From: Octopus bimaculoides
Lineage: Eukaryota
Length of the DNA: 64,000 bases
Assembly (NCBI RefSeq): GCF_001194135.2
Contig: NC_068991.1
Location: 9,476,982-9,540,981, forward strand
Direction of reading: 5' to 3'
Shown: positions 39,460 through 51,346 of the stretch, piece after piece
Layout: every line of letters starts with the position of its first letter
Position numbering within the stretch: position 1 is the stretch's first letter
Program-made: the position numbers and the translations under genes
The notes under the pieces: model-generated
Told to the model about the DNA's origin: nothing
What the model saw: only the letters and a program-made list of their open reading frames with translations
Database searches by the model: none

Positions 39460-42400
39460 TTCAGCTTCTTCCACTTCCTCTTCTCTGGTGGTGGGATCTG
39501 GTTTAGCAGCCAGTCAGCAACAAGCAGCACTCAATGCAAGCAAAGATGTCTGGCCAGTTCTGAACAGTGGTGGTGGTACAAGCAATGCGACTACTGTTGG
39601 AACCACAATAGTGGGGAGTAATGTCACACCAGTTGGCAGCAAAGCAACCAGTGCTGAGAGAATCCTCAATGGTAACAAAGTGCCCAACACAACTAGACAT
39701 CATACTCACAGACCAAGCACACCAACCAAACAGAACAAATGTCTTAGAGACAAACGAGATCCTGATAAATTATCAATGTAAGTTTTGCTTCAACTTTTTA
39801 ATATTTTGATTTCATTCTGCTGTAATTGGTTATTTGACTAGTTTTTGTAGAATCTTGAAGTCTTTCAGGTGCTTGGACAAAAATCTTTAAAATTAATGTT
39901 TCTACAATGATCTTTGCAATATCATCTGAATGATTTACATTTCTATTATTTGTAAACTTGATTCTGTTTACCAAGTTATACAATCTGTAGATAGCTTGCA
40001 TCCTAAATAGATTATGAATTAGTCAGTTGAGTTACTATTTTATTATTTTGTATAATGTTGCAAGCTTGCAGAATTGTTAGCAAAATGCTTAGCCACATTT
40101 TGTTTGTTGTTACGTGTTCTGGGTTTCAATTCCACAGGGGTTGACTTTGCCGTTCGTCCTTTTGGGATCGATAAAATAAGTTCCAGTTGAACATTGGAAT
40201 CAATCAACATGGCCCCTCCTCAAAGACTTAGCCTTGTGCCAAATTTTGAAACTAATTAAGATACAAAAATAAATTTATTTCTCAAACGCGTGATAATACT
40301 ATAAATAGCTTGATCAGGATAAATTATCCATATAATGCAGAAAAATACGTTATCGGCATTATATGGATAAATTATCCTGATCAAGCTATTTATAGCATTA
40401 TCATGCGTTTGAGAAATAAATTTATTTCTGTATCTTACAATACATCTCAATGCTTCTAAAGACAAACTTTGTTTGTTTACTTTCATTGTAAAGTTGAAAC
40501 TAATTATTTTACTTCCATTTTATTTTACCTCTTGCATTTTTTGCCTTTAAAGTTACACAAAATATTTTGTATATTTGTAACATTTTGAGTTTTGTTTTCG
40601 TAATTCTTTGAATCTTATTCCTGTAAAAATAAAAAAAAAATAAAAAAAATAAAAATCTCCTTCTGTACTTGTTGCAATTACATTCTACAGGGTAGAAAAT
40701 TACAGTAATGGTTCAATTGATTCCCCAAATATTCGGGTTTCAACATCGTCGTCCTACTCAGCACCATCGCCAACTTCAGCAGTCCACATGAATGATGCAT
40801 TTGCTACCGCGATGAATCCATCTCTAACATTTATGGGCATAAACCAGGTATCACGACAAGTGCTGGAAAAAAGGAATGCAGACAGTCTTTCATTTTTCAG
40901 TGGTAATGGCTTCTCTAGTGGCAGCGAGAGGGAGACAACAAAAAATTCCACAATCCAGCATTCTACGGGTGAGGCAATCAGAAATTTATTATCTTTTAAG
41001 GCAACAAGCTACCAGAATTATTAGCATGCCAGACAAAATGTTTTGCGGCTTTTACTCAAACTTTACATTCTGAGTTCAAATTCTACCAAAGTTGACTTTG
41101 CCTTCTTTTTAGGGTTGATAAAAGAAATACCAGTAATGTACTGGGTTTGATGTAATCACAAGCTTCCTTTCCCAACATTTCAAGCCTTGTCTTTTGTAGA
41201 AAAAGTTACTATGAGTTGGCAGAATCATTATGTTTATGTATGTGTATATGCGTACGTGTGTGTATGTATATGCGTATGTGTGTGTGTGTGTGAATATATG
41301 TGTGTGTGCGCGCGCGCGTGTGTATATGCGTATGCATATGTATGTGGCATTTCACATACACACACACATAAGCAGAATGTTCAGTGGTATTTCATCTGTC
41401 TTTATGTTGTGAGTTCAAATTCCGTAGATGTAATCGACTTGCCTAAAGAATTTGCTGGTCTTGTGCTAAAATTTGAAACCATTATTATTATTATTATTGA
41501 TATAATGTCTGATGATACATAGTCACTGGCATTCTTCAAGGCTGACATTGTAATGGTTTCTTACCCTTGCCTTGAAAATGGTTGACATGTTATGATTAAT
41601 TATTCTGCTGTAATTTTGTTACAAAGAAAACAAACCAGAGGATTGTAAACTAATCTTGAACTAAAATCTTGATTTGTTATTTAAAGCCATAATAGTTGTT
41701 CTTTCGACATTTTAAGTTTAGACAAGACTCAGTTTAATTTACTCCTTTCTCTCTATTTTAGTATTTCACCCTTTTGTTACTATATTTCTGTTGAGATGCT
41801 CTGTGTTTCTTTCAATTTTTAATATAACAAAGAATTTAGTAAAATAACTTAGTTATCATTAAGTTAGGAAAGGTTTGGTGGAAGATTTTAATTCAGAACT
41901 TTTGAAAACAAGGCATTTGTACTACAGAGCCAGAGGCGGTTTCATCCGGGTTGGTATCAAAAGGGTTAATACTACATACAGTCCTTCTGTAAATTTTTTT
42001 GCCTTTTATATGTACTGGACTATCAGCCACCTAGTCCATTAGTTTTTGTCAGTTTTGCTTCTGTAGAATTATGGGTAATGAAAAAGAGAAGGAAAGAAAT
42101 CTCGAAGTTCTATTTATTAAGCTTGTTTGTTTATTGAACAGGAATCCCGGAGTCCTTACCTTCTCTGGAAATCCCAGACACAATTCCAGTAACAAGTGCA
42201 ACTGACTGGCAAGCAGCATTTGGATTTGCACCAAAGAGTGTTGATTATCAAGATGATGATCTTGGTAAGATATTGTTGTCAAATTTGGTTGTTTCTTTGA
42301 CAATTCTACAATTTTCTTCCATAGAACTTGCTTCAATTAATTATTATTCTTGCTATATTTTGCCTTTTTAAAAAAAAATTTTTTTTTTTTAACTCTTGTT

Positions 42401-45400
42401 AATTTGTTTTACATTTTGATAATTTTCAGGTTTCGATCCTTGGAATGAATCTTCAAAAGCATTAGCTGATCTCATGGAGAAGGAGAATGGCAATAGAGAT
42501 ATCAGGGAAAACCCTAACAAATACCTGCACCACCACCACCCACATCACCACCACCCACAACAACAACCACAACACCCACCAACACCGCCACAGCAACAAC
42601 CTCAGCAGCAGACTTTGAATATTGCACACCAAGCTTATAGAAATAATATGCGGCCCCCAATTCACACTCCAAACATACCACCAGGTTTCTCTATAGGTCA
42701 TTTACAACAGCTGCAGCAGCAAATAAAGCAGCAACACCATCAACAGCAGCAGCAGCAGCAACAACAGCAACAACAGCAGCAGCAGCAGCAACAACAGCAG
42801 CAGCATCAACAGTTACATCAACAGATGTTCCGACAAGGTCTGTTCCTCAAACTCGTTAATTAGTTTGTTTCATCGTTGAGATTGATTTTTTTTTCTTTTC
42901 TGAGATTGATATCTGTCATGTTATTGTCCATAAAGAGGTGCAATTTGTGAAGTGATTGAAATCCAATCCTTGACCTACAGCTTAGGCCATACACACACGC
43001 ATGCACACATGCATATACACACATACATACACACACATATGCATATATATACACACACCATTTGAGCGTGGCCATTGCCAGTACCGCCTGACTGGCCCTC
43101 GTGCTGGTGGCACGTAAAAGCACCCACTACACTCTCGGAGTGGTTGGCGTTAGGAAGGGCATCCAGCTGTAGAAACTCTGCCAGATCAGATTGGAGCCTG
43201 GTGCAGCCATCTGGCTCGCCAGCCCTCAGTGAAACCGTCCAACCCATGCTAGCATGGAAAGCGGACGTTAAACGATGATGATGATATCACTTAGATTGCT
43301 GATATGTAAAGATAGCACCAAAATATCACTGACTTTCTCCAAGTCTTAATCCCTCTCTCTCAATAATAATAAATAAATCATTAGTAGGAGTGGCTGTGTG
43401 GTAAGTAGCTTGCTTACCAACCACATGGTTCCGGGTTCAGTCCCACTGCGTGGCACCTTGGGCAAGTGTCTTCTACTATAGCCTCGGGCCGACCAAAGCC
43501 TTGTGAGTGGATTTGGTAGACGGAAACTGAAAGAAGCCTGTCGTATATATGTGTATATATGTATGTGTGTGTATATGTTTGCGTGTCTGTGTTTGTCCCC
43601 CCCCAACATCGCTTGACAACCGATTCTGGTGTGTTTACGTCCCCGTAACTTAGCGGTTCGGCAAAAGAGCGATAGAATAAGTACTAGGCTTACAAAGAAT
43701 AAGTCCTGGGGTCGATTTGCTCGACTAAAGGTGGTGCTCCAGCATGGCCACAGTCAAATGACTGAAACAAGTAAAAGAGTAAAAGAGTAAATATAGCCAA
43801 ATTCTAACTCACTGCTTGAAATGCTGTGATGCTCAAAAATCAAGGGGAGATAAATCAAAAGAAATTCACTTGATAAAATGCAAAAAAAAAAAAAAAACCC
43901 CAGAAAACTACATGGGACAAACAGGAAGTTTTTTCTTAAATGAAGTTGAACTTTGTCCCTTACACTGAAGAGTGCGTAATTCCTGTTTTTTTTTCCTTCT
44001 CTGCCCCCAAACAACACTATTTGAGTTTGGATTATGTGCTGTTCCGGACTTGGCCACAGTTGTGGTTACATGCCAGACTTTCGATCAAATATACAGATGT
44101 ATAATTATACTTTGTATAGGCATGTGATTTTGAACTCCCACTCAATGTCAATTCATATTTTTGTAACTATCACCCTTATATATATATAAATTACACATAC
44201 ACACACACCGATCCAAAATTTGCAGGTAATAAAACAATGCAATTTAGGAATGGATCTTCTCTCTAACCCTTTATTGGTATTGGTGTTAACTTAGTGGTGG
44301 TGCTCTAGCATGGCTACAGTCAAATGACAGACACAAGTTATACATATATATATATGAGGGAACCCGTGGAAGAGGTAGGCCCAGGAAGACCTGGGCTGAG
44401 GTGGTGAGGCAAGACCTTCGTACATTGGGCCTCACCGAGGCGATGACTACGGACCGAGACCTTTGGAAATGGGCTGTGCGTGAGAAGACCCGGCAAGCCA
44501 AGTAAGATCGTTGCCAGTGCCGCTGGACTGGTTCTTGTGCGGTTGGCACATGAGATGCACCATTTTGAGCGTGGCCGTTGCCAGTACCGCCTGACTGGCT
44601 CCTGTAGGANNNNNNNNNNNNNNNNNNNNNNNNNNNNNNNNNNNNNNNNNNNNNNNNNNCTGGCTTGTGCGGGTGGCACATAAAAGACACCATTTCGAGC
44701 GTGGCTGTTTTCGTGCGGGTGACACGTAAAAGCACCCACTACACTCTCTGAGTGGTTGGCGTTAGGAAGGGCATCCAGCTGTAGAAACTCTGCCAAATCA
44801 GACTGGAGCCTGGTGTTGCCATCCGGTTTCACCAGTCCTCAGTCAAATCGTCCAACCCATGCTAGCATGGAAAGCGGACGTTAAACGATGATGATGATGA
44901 TGATGATATATATATATATATACACACACACACCTTTTTAATTAAACAACACAGTGGAATCACCGTAAGCTTAGATAATAAATTACGATAGGTGAACTGC
45001 AATATGGCAAAGGATTATGTCAAATTTTCCCATACTGACAGAAAAATCTAACCAAACCAATGAAGTTCACTGAGTTTGTCTGCCATATCATTTTGCATGA
45101 TTTTATCTGTTCCCTACTTCCCCCTACATTTTCTTTCAAATATTTACACCTATATTCAATTAGTCAGATCTTTTTGTTTCATTTTATTTAATCAGAGCTC
45201 GTTATAGAATTCATATATTTTCATTGTATGTTCATTATACAGCTAATTTTATGAATTCTTTTTTTTTTGTAATTGTTCCATAATTTGTGAAGGTTTCCGC
45301 TTTCAATATATTACGACTCTGCTTTCAATATTCACTTTTCCTCCTTGTTTGCACTTGTGCCTTCTATCTTCACCTCACTCATTCTGTTACTGCCATTATA

Positions 45401-48400
45401 TTCTAACTCCTTTTACTGACCCATTTTTAGCTCCTTCCAATGTCATCACCCCCTCCCCTTTAATTCTGTCACATTACCTTGAGTGAATGTACTCGTCTTA
45501 GAGCTTTGAGTACTTTTACAATGTACTTAGCTCTTCTAATGTCATTACCCCCTCCCCTTTAATTCTGTCACATTACCTTGAGTGAATGTACTCGTCTTAG
45601 AGCTTTGAGTACATTTACAATGTACTCCTTGTTACCATGAAATGCACCCAATGCACTCTGCAAGAGTGACTGACAGCAAGCAGGAAAAAAAAGTTTAAGA
45701 GGTATCTTTAATCCTGTTGAAGACTTGATAACCTCTGTAGTACTGGTGCCATGATAAAAGGAACTCAGTATGCTTTGTAAAGTGGTTTTTAAATGAGTGG
45801 AGAGAGTGTAGGGCTGAGAGGACCCTTGAGTTTTGTCTTGCTAAGGACACATCAATCATTTCTAGTGCTGGTACACCATGAAATGCATCCAGTACACCCT
45901 GCAAAGTGTTTGGTGTTCCACAACTTGGGGCTCATCTGGACCTGTGTTGTGGCAATGATTTGCTGATGGTAATAAGGATATGATTTGTTGGCTTGGTCAT
46001 TAACTCAACCAAATCACAATTATTCATTAAATATGAATGCACACCCTCTGATGGACAGGTCATTGCAATAATTGTACTTTCGCCCTATAGTAACAATAAA
46101 TATTTGTTCAAATATTGTGAGGTTTGAAAGCAAACTGCTTGTCTTACTCTAATTGTTCTCTCTATAATAATAATAATAATAATAATAAAAAAACATTGTT
46201 TGTTTGAAGTGTTTGTAATTTAGAAATGCTTTTTTTTCCTTTTCTGTAGAATTCAATAGTGGCAAAGTGGTGGAATATATTTACAACCAACCAAAATTAC
46301 CTCAACAGCCTGTGCAGAATTCTTTTCATACAGTCTTACCAGAAATGCATCTCCAGGGTAAAGAGCAGCTGATGCAAAACAGTTCACAAGTAAGTCAATT
46401 TAACTTTAGAGCCTTGACTATTTTTTACATTGAAAAGATGTGAATCATAGTTTTCACGGAATTATAGTGTTTGATGAAAGTTTATCGGTTTTGGTTCACT
46501 CTGATAGCAAATCTATTGCAGTTTCCCAGTATTTAAGTTAGGCTTCCTTTTGAAGTTATTTTATAAAGATAGTATTGTATAAAGGTAATTTTTGATTATC
46601 AAGTTTTATTTTATTTGATGGACTCTCCTACAAATTTTGACTTGATTGTTCATTTTTATGATTAACTGGAGACCCTACTCATTGAGTTAGCTTGCAGTGG
46701 CTGAATATTCCTCAGACACAAGTACTTTTAGTGTAATTCTCAAGTAGAAACAGCTTGATATATCAGGATAAGGTTAGAATTTTGAATTACAAATACATTT
46801 CATCTGATGGATTTCTATGGTTTGCATCTACCCAAATTCACTCATAACATATGAGAATGAGTTAATTTGAGGCGATGGTAAAGGCTCCTGCTCAAGATAC
46901 AACACAGTGGGATCAAACTCTGAACCTTGTTGTTGTCGTCAAATGAATCTCTTAACCACTCGTCTATGTGTGTGCCCCTTATTTTCTAAAATTGATGTTG
47001 CAGAGTCATGTGTGATCTTGTTTGTGGATGTTTGACCCAAGACTACTGAGAAAGGTTTCGAGGCAAAATTTATAATAGCCATAATCCAATCAGTGTAACG
47101 TAGATTATTTAACAGTATTTACTCAGATAATGATGAGAGAACACATAGTAAGTGTAGTTTAATATGGAATTTCATTACATTTAGATTGTTGACTCTAAGT
47201 CAAATGTCACATTTTAAATGGCTGTGATTACCTTCTCTTTATATGATATTGTTAAATATATAATTTTTGTCATCATCATCATCATCAAATACTGTAATAT
47301 AAATATAATTACATAAATCTTCTCTATCCTCTATTTGGTCAATTGTTGTATGACCATTGCACTTCCACTAATGTATGTTTTTTTATTGTCTCTCAGCACG
47401 ATGGTTTTCATCTGAAAGATCTACAAGATGGCTTGCGGGCCTTATTGCCAAATATCAACATAAGCTTTGGTGCATCTCCATCCCAACCACCTCCCCCACA
47501 GCAGCAGCCCTCCTCCTCTACACCGTGTACCGTACAACAGTCACAAAATAACCCTACTCAAAAAAGTAAGTATCAAGCGCTGTAGAAACTATTTTTGGTA
47601 TTTTGATTCTGTTTAGATTTTATTTGCATATCTGTGCATAATAATTTTTTTGTGAATTTTAGAGTACTAGGTCACGTGTACAATCTTTTACATACCTGAG
47701 GTAATTCCATGTATGGATGCCTCAACGTTCATAAAAAATCTCATGCACAGTTGTCAAACTTTCAGGGTGTTCAGTTAGAAATAGGTTTATCAAAAGATCA
47801 TGTTTAGGTGATATCTTGGGGATTTAACAAAGAGGGCATGGGTGCATTTGGTATTCATTAGTTTAAGAGGTAAAAATCTGCCATGTTTAAATTGGGAGTG
47901 GGTTGTATAAGGTAGTTTGACATGGCATTTTGTTAAGTTGTAGATTTCTCGATTTGACATTTTTTTTTTTCTTTTATGGATTATTTCATGTTTCCATAAT
48001 GACATTGGTATACTTGTTCACAGTAATCACGAAAAGGAAGAGGCATGGAAGTGGCTTTGCAAGACACAGGGGTCACTTGTTTTGAATGCAGCCAACAAAA
48101 GGACCTAATCTTGAAGACAAATGGATGGTAGTGAGTAAAGTCATGAAGCTGAAAAAAGTTTAAGGATGTTTAGGGATAAGTTGCTGTTAATTTTGGATGT
48201 GTAGGCATTTCACCAGTTACTTATTCAATCAGATTATGCTGGAAGGTGCTGTAATAGCTGCAGCAAGGCCTCAACTTAATAGATTGAGTCATGAAAGGTG
48301 GTAGTCATAGAAATGTTGTTGAAAAATAGTGACATGATATCCACTTTAGGTTTTGCATATAGATATCAAATTTTAGATATGTCTTGTAAAACACCTTTGA

Positions 48401-51309
48401 TGGGATGTGCATGGCAGAAAGCCAGCAATACCATTTTTGACAGAATCCTATATATTGCTTTATTTAGATAATGAAGATGGGTGTGGATGAATGGCTCATA
48501 GGGGAGCTGTGAGACCACATATATTGGAGCTAAAAGAAGGAGTGGTTAGAATGTAATAGTATTAAATTACAGGTAGTTGTTATTGTACTGCTTGAATTGG
48601 GTTTATTGGATGAAGTGTATAAATATAGTTACCCAAGAGATATTGATACTGGAAATAGAGCAAATGTACAAACAAGATGTAAGAAGTTTGAAGTCCTGTT
48701 AGTTATTGGTAATAAAGGGTTTTCTCTATAAAATGTAAATTACCTGAAGCATGTGTCAGAAATGCGTGCTATTCATTGGATGTATATAGTATGACAAGAA
48801 ATGTTCAACACATCTAAGTTGAGAAAGACTTTGAATGGAGTGGTTAGCTCACAGCTGAGAATATTGGACATATGACATGGAATCAACATACATTGAGATG
48901 ACATATTGCAAGATCTATCCAACCTATTTCACCTGGTTTAAAAAAGGCAAACCCAAAACAAAAAACAAAAGAAATTTGTTAATTATTATGATAGTATTTC
49001 AGTATAATGAAGGCTGTATAAGATGACTTTCAGCATTTCCATTTAGAATGTAGTTTGGTTTTGAGCTCTAATTAAAGATTACCTGTCAGTATATTTTACA
49101 ACAGGAGGTTACAAGTGTTAGCATAAGAGACTCTTTCACAAGATGGACACACCATGTTTTGATATACATTGAACCTAAACCAACACTTGTAGTATACAGA
49201 TGCATATAGATTATCAAAGTGATAAATGGTTTCTACTTGGTCATAAGGGTGATATTCTAGCAGTAACTGAGGTATATTCTACCACAGAGTTTATACCGCC
49301 TGCTTCAAATTCCTGCCGTATGGTTTTGATTATTAAAATTTTTCGGCAGTTCATTTCAAATAGTGACAAAATACTGTAAATCAATGATATAATAAGCATT
49401 GTGCTCAGCTCAGTTTGCTGTGCTGTTTATTTTAAGGTAGGTCAAACAGGTTTATAATGCATTTTCTTTTTGTAATTTACCATTGATCCAGCTTCCCAAA
49501 CAAATGTATTGTAAATTTCAGCAGCAAATTGAGTGATAAGACTTCAGGAGATCTGAGAGTAGTATTTAATTCTCCATCTTTAAAGTGTAAGATGTTTAAG
49601 TTCAAATTTTATACTTGACCATGGTTTAGGGGCAGTTTTTTTTCATTTTCTTTTTCCTCTTCTTTATCATTTTATTTTTCTGAAGTTCAGATTCTACTTT
49701 ACACCAATGCATAAATGGTTATTCATTTTACAGGTAATTTCTCACATATGCCAGATAATCCACACTGGATGAAATCCATCCAACAACTGACAGAATTTGA
49801 TTCACAAGGTCACACACACAGGCCTTTTGTACAGCATTTTCCGGTTAGAGGTCAGTATCAATGCCTTTTTTCCCATTTAGGTATGAATAACCACTGCTAA
49901 AAATTAAAATTTAATGTTGACCATACTCAGCTGAGAACCAAAAACATTCATGTTTAGATAAACTTTTCTTTCTTTCTTTATTTTTTATAAAAATGTCCCT
50001 GAATTAATAAGAATTGTTTGATTCAGTCATAAGGTTATATTTGTTTGGATAAGCTGGTTCAGTCCTTACAGTTATATTTAAATTTCATTTTTCTTTTTTC
50101 TTGTTTTATTTGAACAATTCTGAATGGTGTGTTTATCACTGAGCATTTTCAAATTGCAGGTACTGGCTGGGTACCACAGACTCACAACCCTCCACCAGGC
50201 TTTCATACACAGATCCGACCCCCAACTCAGACTACAGAACCACATAAGATGACTGAGGGTAAACTATTTCGTTTGGACTACTCTTTTCTTTAAACCTTTA
50301 TTTTGAATTAAGGTGTTGAATATGAACAAAATTTAGCTTTAATCTGTTAGCTCTTGATATGGCAACTGTCTCTTCTAAGTTTGCTGCAATCTAGTTGGTG
50401 TTTAGCTCTGCAAGTTTATTCTTCATTTGACTTCAGAAAATGCTATGGTAATGTTATTATACTGCATTAAGAGCAGCTGATTGAACTTAGAAATTGTTTA
50501 TAAAGCTTTGGTAGGCAGTACTGGTCTTAAGCCATTGACAACACTTATTTTATATTCTGAACAGTTTTAACGGTTTATCATGTGCATTGTGTAGACAGAT
50601 GTATTTTATTCTTGAGGGATTTAGGTTCAAGGAAGAACATGGTATATAAAAAAGAATCCCTGCTTTAATATAGACACTTCTTTCTGAACATGTCTGGCTA
50701 GAATGTTGTGAAAGGGGACTAATAGATTATCTAAAATTACTTTTAATTTGCCAACACATTTTATTTGTTTGTAGGAATTCTATATGCTCAGTATATGAGG
50801 GTGTAGAATTTACTGCAGGCGTGTCAAACTCTATAGACTTTGCTGGCCAGAGTGAAGCCTAAATCGGATTTCACATGCCGAATTGATGTATAATCTAGAT
50901 TTTATAGGCTGGTTAAGGACAATGATTCTTTAAGACTCTATTCATTGTGTAGGCCTAAATAAATGAATAAAGGAATCAGAGTACATTGTAACAACTTTAA
51001 TAAGAATGAAGAAAGGAAAGAATGAGATGTTAAAGGTTGTGTGTGTAGATGTGTATGCAAAAAAAAAAAAAAAAAAAAAAAATCAGTATGGTATGTATAC
51101 AAAGTCCTTGGAGTGCGAAGAGATAAAAAATTGCCCAAACAAATCCGTGCAGTTCTTGAGAAGACCAATACTTGATGGAAAGCTTTTAACTGCAAAACTT
51201 TTCACATCACTAAAAGTATGGTAAACATTCTTGTCCAAAATACTAAGCAGTGGAATTATATCCAAGGCCTCACGATTGTGAAGTGAACTAAACTACTCAG
51301 CTATGTGTA

Positions 51310-51346
<37 letters not shown>

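Noticed and set aside
39268-39709. Minus-strand ORFs with poly-E or K/R tracts
   Set aside because: Antisense shadows of the poly-Ser repeat in CNOT4 exon 10.
40847-40852. Alternative donor cag|gtatca inside exon 11
   Set aside because: Phase 0 is incompatible with the phase 1 start of exon 12.
44810-44850. CTGAGGA-CTGGT-GAAAC on the minus strand of the RTE 3'UTR, hammerhead-like
   Set aside because: No stem II, no U16.1 partner for A15.1, and not conserved in the 43059 and 30172 copies.
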